DNA of 63,445 nt, counting the filler, from Octopus bimaculoides (Eukaryota): assembly GCF_001194135.2 (NCBI RefSeq). It is 9 parts of 9 records of this genome, joined end to end, with 100 filler letters (N's around TTAATTAATTAA, not from the genome) between each part and the next. Parts side by side here need not be neighbours in the genome. Positions count along the whole stretch, not along the records: positions 1 to 13,073 come from NC_068982.1; positions 13,174 to 23,317 come from NC_068990.1; positions 23,418 to 31,268 come from NC_068983.1; 6 more parts are not named here. The stretch is one strand, 5' to 3'. The notes beneath the pieces are model-generated. The model worked only from the letters and a program-made list of their open reading frames with translations, searched no databases and had not been told where the DNA came from. Positions within the stretch are counted from its first letter, which is position 1. The number at the start of each line of letters is the position of its first letter. Below, piece by piece: positions 12,284 through 23,899 of this stretch. The translations under genes and the position numbers were made by a program.

Positions 12284-13239
12284 ACTATATATATATAATG
12301 CATATGATATGTGTGTGTGTACGAGCGCGTGTATGTACGTGTGTGCGTGCGCGCGTGTTTGTCTCGGGTCGTGTGTAAGTGAAAGTTGCGTGTATATATC
12401 TATATGTGGTGTGTATGTTAACTAGATATATTTATAAATAACCACCACGCTTATGTATATTATCTACATTTTCCCAAGGAGCTGGTTTCTAACAAAGAAA
12501 CAAATTGCTGCATTGGAATTTGGATAGCAAAAATGATGTGTTACATGTTGAACTTTGGAAAAGTTTCGCATATTTTTACTCTTCCGTTTACAAACTGTAC
12601 TCGTAAAATATGTTAGCTAAGCTCTTTAATTGTATAAAAACCCTTGATTTACCACATTTAAACTTAGACCAAATCCTCATTGTCTATATCGTATATGTTT
12701 TAGTTATTGGACTGCAGCCATATTGGAGCACCATCTTGAAGGGCTCGGTCGAACCAATTGCCCCCAGAACTTAATTTTTAAGTTTGGTTCTTATTTTATC
12801 GTTCCTTTTTGCCGCATAACATCGGTTGTGAAGCGATGGCAGACGACAAGCAAACATTCATCATACTCATAGATGCAGGCATAAACTAATATGTGTGTGT
12901 GTGTGTGAGTGTGTGCGTGTACGTGTATGTGTGTGTACGCATGCATATATGTATATATGTATGTATATATATATATATATGCATATATGTATATATACAT
13001 ATATGTATATATATACATATATAAATACACACATATATATATATATACATATTTATATATATATATATATATANNNNNNNNNNNNNNNNNNNNNNNNNNN
13101 NNNNNNNNNNNNNNNNNTTAATTAATTAANNNNNNNNNNNNNNNNNNNNNNNNNNNNNNNNNNNNNNNNNNNNTTGGACTTCTGGTGGAGTTACCTCAAT
13201 CATTTATATATTAATAATAATAATGGTAATAATAATAAT

Positions 13240-13920
13240 AAAAGTAAGAAGGTTAGGCTTGTGTAGGATGAAAGATTGCAAAGATAAAGCACTGTATAGG
13301 AAATTGAAAACGAATGAAACTGAAAATAGGTGGGTAAAGAAAAGAATGCACGGTCAATTTCATAAGGATGTTGACGATAATACTGAGAGAGAAAAAAGAT
13401 GACTGTGGATGACTAAAAGTGATTTGAAACCGGAAACAGAGGCTCTAATCTGTGCTGCTCAAGAGCAAGCACTAAGAACAAACTACATTAAATACAGAAT
13501 AGACAACACATCAGAAAATGATAAGTGCAGAATCTGTGGACAAAATGGTGAAACCGTATGGCTGGATCATAGATATAGCATGCCCAGCTGACAACATGGT
13601 ATGCGATATGGAAGAAAGAAAAGTCGAGAGATATGACAGGTTAGCTTGGGAAGTTAAGCAGTTGTGTTAGATAAAAAAAGTAGCAGTAGCATTAATAAGT
13701 GTCGGAGCCCTAGGAACAGTGAGCAAAAATCTCGAGAAGTACGTGGAACAAATAGGGGCTGCAATAACGGTGGAGCACTTGCAGAAAACATCACTGCTTG
13801 GAACCGCTCGCAAAACTCTGGAAGGTGCTCGAAAAATAAGAGGTGTTACCTTAGTTCACTGGTAGTGAACAGCTGACATCGTAGCACATCTCCAGCGTTA
13901 GAAACTGTGCAAAGGCAATA
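13240..13920 (+). mobile_element. 5'-truncated, internally deleted RLE-type non-LTR retrotransposon (Dong/R4-like): CCHC knuckle plus restriction-like endonuclease C-terminus
   Basis: Translates KRMHGQF...MTKSDLKPETEALICAAQEQALRTNYIKYRIDNTSENDKCRICGQNGETVW, then MEERKVERYDRLAWEVKQL...VGALGTVSKNLEKYVEQIG...LQKTSLLGTARKLWKVLEK*. TAA-rich repeats flank both sides. Confidence 0.85.
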
Positions 13921-14021
13921 AATAATATTAATGAAAATAATATTAACAATAAGGATAATAACAATAATGATAATAATAATAATAGTAGTAGTAGTCGTAG
14001 TAGTAGAAATAGTAGTAGTAG

Positions 14022-14080
<59 letters not shown>

Positions 14081-14334
14081 TAATAATGATTATGAAAATA
14101 ATAGTATTAATATACAAATATATATATACGGATGTATACGCGAATGTATGTATGTATGTATGTATGTATATATACATATATATGTAGATATATGAATTTA
14201 TCATTTTTTTATGTGTATGTGTATGTTTGTGTGTACGCGTGTGTGTGTGTGTGTGTGTGTGCGCAGAGATGCGTGTACATATATGCATACACACTTACAT
14301 GCATACAAACACACACACATACACTCATAGGGAT

Positions 14335-14401
<67 letters not shown>

Positions 14402-14786
14402 AAGAATGAGAAAGAAATGTGCAGTTCTAGAAAGAATATGAATATGTTGGGTGGAGACACAGAGCTTACATTTACACAATGTTCATGCAACTTCCTGGCT
14501 TTTTGTTCACCGGTGTCTTTGAAGTTAGATATAGGTACAGATCGATAGCTGAATAATTTTTTATCAAGCTAGAGTATACTCGACTATAATAGATCTGAGA
14601 TGTTATTGATCTAATCTGTTGAAGTTTTCTATTTTCAACTGACAGCATCTCTTAACATAAACTAAAACTATAATGTGACGCCATATTTACACTGAGAAGA
14701 GAGAATACAGAAATCACTGGAAGTGATAACGATAGAGACTGAGAGAGATTGTATTTTTACGGAAAATTCATACAAATACAAAATAT

Positions 14787-14818
<32 letters not shown>

Positions 14819-14976
14819 TACACAAGCATGTACGCATCCGTATTTTGCTTGCGCACACATGCTCAGTGGGAATATATACAGACATACTCACACACTCAAT
14901 ATTAAAGCACCCATTCGCATGAGCAAAAAAGATGATGAGGATATTGATAATACTGATGATGAGGATGATGATAATG

Positions 14977-15035
<59 letters not shown>

Positions 15036-15044
15036 TATTATAGG

Positions 15045-15264
15045 TAACCCGAATGTGGAGTCTAAACAGGGAAGCAATCCCTATGATAATAGGTACATTA
15101 GGGATAATTAAAAAAAGAACATTCAAATACATATCCAAAATACCAAGACATATATAACATACAGAAAATACCACTACGAGGCACCGCGCATATCCTACAT
15201 AAAGAGATTTCAGTACAGTGAAAATAAGAGCACCACAACAAACCACAGCACATACCTCAGGCAC
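15045..15264 (+). mobile_element. 3' end of a second RLE (Dong/R4-like) LINE family following (TAA)n
   Basis: Fragmentary RMWSL..AIPMIIGTLGIIKK...IQKIPLRGTAHIL, the same C-terminal motif as 13240-13920 (GALG...LQK..LLGTA). Runs into a gap. Confidence 0.7.
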
Positions 15265-15892
15265 NNNNNNNNNNNNNNNNNNNNNNNNNNNNNNNNNNNN
15301 NNNNNNNNNNNNNNNNNNNNNNNNNNNNNNNNNNNNNNNNNNNNNNNNNNNNNNNNNNNNNNNNNNNNNNNNNNNNNNNNNNNNNNNNNNNNNNNNNNNN
15401 NNNNNNNNNNNNNNNNNNNNNNNNNNNNNNNNNNNNNNNNNNNNNNNNNNNNNNNNNNNNNNNNNNNNNNNNNNNNNNNNNNNNNNNNNNNNNNNNNNNN
15501 NNNNNNNNNNNNNNNNNNNNNNNNNNNNNNNNNNNNNNNNNNNNNNNNNNNNNNNNNNNNNNNNNNNNNNNNNNNNNNNNNNNNNNNNNNNNNNNNNNNN
15601 NNNNNNNNNNNNNNNNNNNNNNNNNNNNNNNNNNNNNNNNNNNNNNNNNNNNNNNNNNNNNNNNNNNNNNNNNNNNNNNNNNNNNNNNNNNNNNNNNNNN
15701 NNNNNNNNNNNNNNNNNNNNNNNNNNNNNNNNNNNNNNNNNNNNNNNNNNNNNNNNNNNNNNNNNNNNNNNNNNNNNNNNNNNNNNNNNNNNNNNNNNNN
15801 NNNNNNNNNNNNNNNNNNNNNNNNNNNNNNNNNNNNNNNNNNNNNNNNNNNNNNNNNNNNNNNNNATAATAATAATAACAATAACCGCAACT

Positions 15893-16945
15893 ACAAGAGC
15901 ACTCAGAGAGCGCAAACCTCTCCCATGGCAACACCAACGTCCTCTCAACGATTGGCCGGAGATGATGTTTAAAATGAGAATATCTGAAATAACCTTGACT
16001 GCTCTCACAAACGAAAATACTAAAAATGAATCCGATCGCTCTTAATAATTAAGTAAAAAAAAAACAAAAACAAAAAAAAAACAGAAAAATAATCCAGAAT
16101 CCTTGTCCGTTACCTGATCGATCCCGATGGTAGTCATGGAATGTAAAGGTGGGTGTGCGGGCCGTGTTTGTAATGCTGTGTGTGTGTGTTGTCTGCAGTG
16201 GGAACAGGGGCACTTTTCTCTATGAAGGCCTTTTTTTAGTCTAACCACTGATACAGTGTCTTTACGACCATAAGCTCTATAGTTGAAAATGTATCCGTGC
16301 GTGAAAGAATACGGAAAGAACCTGCATACTGTGCTGTTGAAGGAGATTTAACACCATCGTTACGCACAAAAACGTGAGTCCAAGAAGTAAAAATTCCTTC
16401 AAAGCAGAGTTAGAAATGCAGTTGTGAAGGAGGCAAGAGGTTTTAAACAGGAGCGATATATTCAAAATTGGTAAAACTAAAAACTGTTGAGCATAAATTA
16501 AATTTATTACTGTTACTGAATGTGTTAGTGTTATTTAATTTCTGAACCGTTTTGCTGCTGTTTCTTTATGTAGTTTGATTTCTTTATCCATCAGTTTCTA
16601 CTAAGATAGAAACGCGAGTAAAATTAATAATAAAGAATCGAAAATCAAACTTAGGAAACAGCAACGCTGCCATAACTTACGTGGAAACTACGGACACGCT
16701 TTAAAGGGAGATAATGAGAGAGAGACTTGAAAGTAAACGTAAGATTGTATTACTTCATATAAAGTGAAGTAAATATAACGAATCATCCACAATCCGCGTC
16801 CTGTATCGGATCGATCCGCAAATCTAATCAGTTCGTGCCAGTCACGAGGCCAAACATCTGAAAGTTTCATGCGAATCCATCTTGTCCGCGGACAAACAGA
16901 TTCGATTGAAAGCAATACCTCCACCTTCGCTAAGGCGGAGGTCAT
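15893..16945 (+). mobile_element. Helentron/HINE-like non-autonomous element in two parts (15893-16125 and about 16785-16945)
   Basis: 5' caagagcactcagagagcgcaaacctc. 3' part has aaagtttcatgcgaatcc, ggacaaacaga and a subterminal hairpin cctccacctt-cgct-aaggcggagg (16918-16941). Family assignment is from recalled architecture. Confidence 0.55.
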
Positions 16946-17069
16946 AATAAGATGCAATAAACACAAGATGACAATATTCCTTCGAGATAAGGTATTTAGT
17001 CAAAGAGAAAGGACTTGAGACAATAATAGAAGTATATATATAATGAGACAATAATAAAAGTATATATGT

Positions 17070-17461
17070 ACTTTTATTGTTTATTTGTTTGTCATTTAAA
17101 TGCAGTAATGTTGGAGTACCGCCTTTAGTCGAAAATATCGACCGTAAGACTTATTCTTTGTAAGCCGAGTACTTATTCTATCGGTCTCTTTGCCGAACCG
17201 CTAAGTTAGGGGGACGTAATCACACCATCGGTAGTCAAGCGATGCTGGGGAGGGGTCAAACACAGATACACAATCACATACACACACACATATATACGAC
17301 GGGCTTCTTTCAGTCTCCGTCTACCAAATCCACTCAAGACGCTTTCGTCGGCCCGAGGCTATAGTAGAAGACACGTGCCCAAGGAGCCATGCAGTGAGAC
17401 TGAACTTGGAACCATGAGGTTGCTAAGTAAACTACTCACCACACAACCATTCCGGCACCTA
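17070..17461 (-). mobile_element. Near full-length tRNA/CORE-like SINE, family B
   Basis: Minus strand: ataggtgccggaatggttgtgtggtgagtag...catggttccaagttcagtctcactgcatggctccttgggcacgtgtcttctactatagcctcgggccg...internal (TA/TG)n...gactaaaggcggtactccaac...aaatgacaaacaaata. Has a B-box-like GTTCAGTC. Confidence 0.88.
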
Positions 17462-17490
17462 TATCATATACATGTATATTTACGTATACG

Positions 17491-17536
<46 letters not shown>

Positions 17537-17592
17537 NNNNNNNNNNNNNNNNNNNNNNNNNNNNNNNNNNNNNNNNNNNNNNNNNNNNNNNN

Positions 17593-17641
<49 letters not shown>

Positions 17642-18599
17642 TATATATGTTTGTGTGACTATGTGAATTAACCTAAACGACCATCAATTTAATTTCGAGA
17701 AAAATCTTATAATTAGACTGATTTGCCCTTCTAAATTTGAAAATGGCAGAGTGAGTAAAAAATCTTGAGATCGTATTATTCCTTCTTTAAAATCAATACT
17801 TTCTCTTAATCTCTAGACTCGTTCTTGATACGTAATAGACTGGTTTGTCAGCTTAAGGGAAAAAAGAATATAACATTTTTATAAATTTATATCAGTAACT
17901 ATTTTTCATCAATTAATCCTATTCTTCTTAACAAACACTGATTTTAACAAAAAAGAAATTGATGTAATTCTACATGCCAGAAAAAAAAAACTATTATTAA
18001 ATTTGAAAATAAACTATGGACTAGGAAAAGTAGACCTGACAGCTTTGATATCACTATGAGATCTAGTATCTCTGCAGAAGTCATAGCCCTTGTAGAATTG
18101 TATTTATTAAATAATGTAACAGAGCAATTCCTTTCTAGTAAAGGAAGTTAATATAGGGACGATTCTCTATTATTTGATTTTATAAATAATTTAGAAATTG
18201 GACGTAACACAAAAGGAATCATTAAATTCTTTAAAAATTTCGTGCTCCCGATCTGGGTTCAAATCGTAAAACAGCTGATTTAATAGATATCTCTTTTAGT
18301 TTGAACTCTGGTTCAAATAAACGGTGTAACAAAATTAGTGAAAATCTTCATTACATATACAAAATTTCAAATTATCGACGTGTAACAATAAGTTCAATTT
18401 TAAATGGCATTTCCTATCGTATAAGGATAGAGGGCTAAACGTTACATACTTTTGTGTATTTACAGACATTTATTATCTTGATTCAGCGAGGCCGAATTGA
18501 GTTTCGTGAGTACTTAAACGAAACTAAATACTTTATAGTACTTTTCCTTTTTTTTTCATTTTTTTTTTCATGGATTGGTCCAGAACAAGTGCAGTTCAC

Positions 18600-18900
18600 A
18601 CGCCATTCCTGATCAGTATAATGGACGTGGTTTCATGTCCTTAAACAGTTAGACAATCGCCGCTGTAAAAACATGTGTCGGGAGAGAATTCCAGAAAGGC
18701 AACGTTCTTGGAAGGATTAGGTATAGGGGATAGTGTCAGGTCTGGAGTAGTCCTTAACACAGGCGACAAAAAAGATGAAAATCGAGTGAGTCGAGATGGC
18801 GTGATTGGAGATGGCAGTATATCAGCAGTAAATGAGAAGTAGATACTATGCCAGCAGTGGTAGAAAAAGTAGAGAAAACATAATTGGAGTGAGAAAGATT
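18600..18900 (-). mobile_element. CR1/L2-group (Zenon-like) LINE 3' ORF relic
   Basis: A minus frame reads HYPLYLILPRTLPFWNSLPTHVFTAAIV*LFK, resembling the PRT..LWNSLP..VF C-terminal motif of CR1/L2 ORF2. Confidence 0.5.
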
Positions 18901-20236
18901 TAAGCCATTTAATCAAGTATTTTTTACATTGGATGCAGACAAGAGTGAACGTGCGTATAGCTGCGGCACTACCTCAGAAATAAGATGGTACCTTACTGTG
19001 GATTTCACCTGATCTTTACCGACTTGTTAGGGATGAAATATATTCTGGCTCTTAAGGGGAAGCTAATTTACACTATGCTGATAATGTGTTCTATCGATTT
19101 CTTCTACTTCATTCTCCATTATCTATAAATAATTTTAAAGTTTTGTTGAAATAAACTGAAATTAAATTTTCTCCACAAGAGATAAATATATTTTGATATT
19201 TCAACATGTAGATGAAAACGATTTAAACACAATACAGTTCATTCAGATTGTTATAATTACATTTGAAATATTTGACAGTATACAAACCAAAGCAGTAAAT
19301 GACCTACAAGATACAAACTCACTGAAGTAGTAGTGCTAATACTAAGTGTAGCAGTGTCTTTTCCAGCAGCCTGACATCACTGTAAGTGACAAATTCAACA
19401 TAACTATAATCGACATTATACACAATAAATATTGCAGTTGTTAACAAGACAAATATGGCAGACATTAATTTATTTGAATTGGATTGTACGCTGTCTTTAG
19501 ATTTGACAGCTTTTAAGGCAAAGAGTAATAAAATGTTTCGCTAAGGAGAGTGGCGGAAAAGCCAATGGTAATGCTCTTTTAATTTGATTTGATTAATTCT
19601 GTTTCCTTTTCACTGTTTCCAAACAATCGTTGTAATTATTTTGAAATAAAATATATATTTATATTGTACTCACGCATGCACTCACATTCACATATACATA
19701 CATACATACATACATATATACATACATACATGCATACAAATATACATACATACATACATACATGCATTCATACATATATGCATATATATATACATATAGG
19801 TCTCAAAGGTGACGGGTGTTACTGACTGGCACCGCTTTAGCTAAAAAAAAACAACAACCCAAAAGCCACAAAAGCCCTGTCGGATTTTGATATAGGATTT
19901 TGATACAGATCATCTTAGTCCTCATGAGTGACACTCAACGCCGAGAGTTAAACTCAACTACCTCTGTCAGTCTTATAGAAATTTATTTGATGATGCGAGC
20001 TGATGATTGGTAAACAAATACTAAATCTTACAGAATGGCGAAAACCCAACCAATAACATTTCCCTTCATTTTGAATACCTTCTGGCTGATTCTAACGTGA
20101 ATATTTGATGACTGTCAATAAAAAGCCTCTCTGGATAGTTCTCAAAAAAATTAGTATACGTGCAGGAGTGAAATCATCTATTCTATCAGACTCCCAGATT
20201 TCACACTCTTTTGCCATTTCCTCGTACATGTGTGTG

Positions 20237-20284
<48 letters not shown>

Positions 20285-22504
20285 TGTTCTATTACACAGG
20301 GATCACAGATGTGAAGCGTACAAATCTTTTTGGCGTGTGGCCTAGTTACTTAGTTGCACACACATTAGGATCGAAGCTAATAAATTTTGCAACATCGACT
20401 CTTGAGCATTGCTTTGTTCGTTAATCAGTTTTTAAATGCGAACGACTGATTGCCATCTCCACTTTTTAATGAAATAAAATGCGTAACCCGTTGGTTTACA
20501 GCAACTTTTTGCTAGAATAAAGAAATGCTTAGAAAATTGTGAAGCAAAAAAAATTGTATTTTTGAAAAAAAAATCTATGAAAATATTTCGACAGTAAAAG
20601 GAAAGCCTTGCAATACTGTGATAACATCAGTCAAATCAAGTTATATCAGAAAGAAATTAATACACCATAACATGTATGACATATGGATTATATTAATTCA
20701 CATCCGATAATATATCTAGTAGGAACAATAAAAGGCAGAATTAATAGTAGCAATACTAATTTTTAAGTATTCAATTATTCTCGAAATCACATCAAAGTCA
20801 AATTTGCTTGTCATCTTTCTAGGTTGCTCTGGGCTTGAGTGAAGAAATTCTTACAGGATCTTATGAGATTGATGTTCTCCTCGAACGAAAATATGTTTTG
20901 ATTTCGAATATAGGAACCAGTACATATATGTTAAATATATCCTGTTCTTACTTTAAATGTTAATAAAAATAAAAGGAAATCAATATCTTGCAGACCGAGA
21001 TTAAAGCAGGATGATAACCCAGTTGACAGAATCACTGTTAATTTAAAGCCATAAGGTTGCCTTTACAGAATAAGTGCAAATTTGTACAAACTCCTAGATG
21101 CCTTTAAACGGTTCAGACAACCCTTTTTGGGGCGTAAGAAAGAAGTACAAAATAACAGGGAAGTGAAGCGGAATGAAAGAAAAAAGAATCTACGAAAGAG
21201 AGGAAGGCTAGAAACACAAGACGGAAAAGCGGGTAGGAAAAAGGATGGAATTTAGGATAATGAGACTAGAGAAGGGAGGTCAGAGAGAGAATGATTTAGA
21301 GCATAATGCTGACGACAGAGTTGTGACATTTACTATAGCACCTTTGGATTCTTTGCTTTCACAATACCCTTTAGTTGATTGGAGAAATTTCAGTTGCCAG
21401 ATATATTTTGACGACGAGGTCGAACATTACTAATTCTTGCATCCATACAATACATGTGATATGTAAATCGGGAGTTAAATGACATTCGAACTGGAAAAGT
21501 TTGCTGTGAGCACCAGCTGGCTTTCGCATTGTATGCTTGTGTGGTTGTATTAAAACCCACAGCTATACAACGGTTAAAATTTTACCAAGGCATTTTCATA
21601 TTTGCTTATTACTTCTATTAGTATGATATGATTTGTAGGCTTGTTGTCCTACTATAACCTTCCTGATCATGTGAATAGAAAATATTTATAGTACAGTTTG
21701 TTATTATCGTTATTCTAAATGTTATTCTAGATGGTAATCACGAGAGCGTAGATGTAACTTTTATCATTTGTTATCACTAGACTATAAATTTCTGGCTGTT
21801 GGCGTCACACATTTTTTAAGACATTAGGAAATACTTCTGTCTTGGGGTCTGCCATTACTTTGTTACTAATCGTGTTTTTTGTTCCTTATCTGGTTATCGA
21901 GTTTTGTTTCATACTTTACCCTCTGTGTATTTTCCACGACTAATCTGTTTTGTATGTGTTTTTTGCATGTATTTCCCACTATCAACCAGTGTTTTAATAA
22001 TCTGACTTGTTTTCTGTTGTGTGATATATTTGTCAATAATGTAGAGGAATTATAGCTTTCGCATTCACTGCAAGCGTTAGAATAATGATACTTGCAATGG
22101 TATTTGCATGTTCTATTTGCGCTTTGATTTTATTACAGAATTACAATATTGTGGGTCTTTGTTTCTGTGAAGATTTTATGGCGTAAAGCATAACAGTGCG
22201 TTTAAAAATTTCGCTTGGAAATTACGTAGGTTCATTTTCGATCCCATAGCCCTTGAAATCAGCTAAGTGTAATATGCCACAGTTTAACGTCACTCAAGTT
22301 TATTGGGGAGATTGTGTAGTTAAAAGCTGGTACAAATGTGCGAGAACTAATTTATCATTCGGTTTCATACTATAAACTCTATATTGGGAAGCTTTAGCTA
22401 ACACCAGTCAGTTCCAGCAGGAGAATATGGAATACCTGAAATTTCATGCTCCCCCTCCCTCCACTCTCTTCTTTTTATGAATAACTTAAGAAGAGCAAAA
22501 ATAT

Positions 22505-23290
22505 AAATTCAGAATCCACTTTTCATTGCAAGTTACAATACGGTCGAGAACTGAATCGGCCTGGTTACAGAGAAGCAGCGACGAGCAAATTTCCTATCTG
22601 CGCATTTTCTTATTTCTTTACTGCCCACAAGGGGCTACACACAGAGGGGACAAACAAGGACAGACAAACGGATTAAGTCGATTATATCGACCCCAGTGAG
22701 TAACTGGTACTTCTTTAATCGACCCCGAAAGGATGAAAAGCAAAGTCGACCTCGGCGGAATTTGAACTCAGAACGTAGCGGCAGACGAAATACCGCTAAG
22801 CATTTCGCCCGGCGTGCTAACGGTTCTGCCAGCTCACCGCCCGGCATGCTAACGTTTCTGCGCATTTTCTGATTATAAAATCGTATGATACCCATTTGTC
22901 GAGCTCTTTTGATTTTTCTGATCGAATGCAAATAGTAGCAGTTACTTTTCTGGCTAACCCGAAGTTCTTTTGCCAGTTCTCGTGCAGTCTTACGGGAATC
23001 TTTCTCAACGACGGTCTTTAATTGACCATCATCGATGACAGATGGGCGTCCACTACGCTCACATTCTTCAACACTCAAGTATCCACTACGAAATCGTTTA
23101 AACCATTTTCGAATTGACACTCACTGTTCATTTCCTCACCAAACGATTCGTTGATATCGCGAGCAGTTTCAGCTGCTTTACGTCCTCTTTGGAATTTGAA
23201 TAGCAAAATTGCTGGAATATCACGCTTTGACATTTCCAATTCAGATGATTGTAACAACGTTGGAAAAAATATCAATATTAATTTATTAAT
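22505..23290 (-). mobile_element. Mariner (DD34D) transposase pseudogene fragment interrupted by a SINE
   Basis: MSKRDIPAILLFKFQRGRKAAETARDINESFGE / IRKWFKRFRSG..ERSGRPSVIDDGQLKTVVEKDSRKTARELAKEL / KLD-like KELDKWVSYD, resuming beyond the SINE as KMRR*EICSSLLLCNQADSVLDRIVTCNEKWIL. Frameshifts and stops are present. Confidence 0.88.
22611..22856 (-). mobile_element. SINE family A, young full-length copy with 14-bp TSD
   Basis: TSD tctgcgcattttct at 22597-22610 and 22857-22870. Body ggcggtgagctggcagaaccgttagcacgccgggcgaaatgcttagcggtatttcgtctgccgctacgttctgagttcaaattccgccgagg... Confidence 0.92.
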
Positions 23291-23417
23291 GCATCTAGGC
23301 AAGTTTATATGTGTTTTNNNNNNNNNNNNNNNNNNNNNNNNNNNNNNNNNNNNNNNNNNNNTTAATTAATTAANNNNNNNNNNNNNNNNNNNNNNNNNNN
23401 NNNNNNNNNNNNNNNNN

Positions 23418-23458
<41 letters not shown>

Positions 23459-23717
23459 TACATACACATATGCATGCACGCATATACAGATACATATACA
23501 TACAACACACAAAGATACGCGCACACATTTATAGACATATATACCTACAATTAACTTTATACACAGACACACATATCGGCATATACCATAACAATGATAG
23601 AATTCTGCATATGTGCATATGAGTGGTGCGTGTTCACAAACATACATACATACGTGCATACATACGTACATACATACATACATGCATACATACATACATA
23701 CATACATACATACATAC

Positions 23718-23899
23718 ATACAGATTACAAGTTCAGGTTTATACCTGTGATTATTCGGGCACTGGGATATGTAACACACTGCCTAACTACCAATCTTGAG
23801 AAGTTAGGCTTCTCGAAACCAGAAAGGAGAAAGCTAATTCGAAAGCTGATTCGAAAGCTACAGATCCAAGCCATCTCTGGAACAGTAGAAATCTTACAC
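23718..23899 (+). mobile_element. 3' ORF end of a third RLE-type LINE family, directly after (CATA)n
   Basis: [52 protein letters not shown]. Homologous (reverse) to about 48855-48960. Confidence 0.7.

Noticed and set aside
16114-16137. Minus-strand mini-exon MTTIGIDQ with donor CAG|GTAACG as NR2E3 exon 1
   Set aside because: The donor lies within the HINE-like repeat, and it is phase 0 whereas the zinc-finger exon needs phase 1. It would need an intermediate exon; no independent support.
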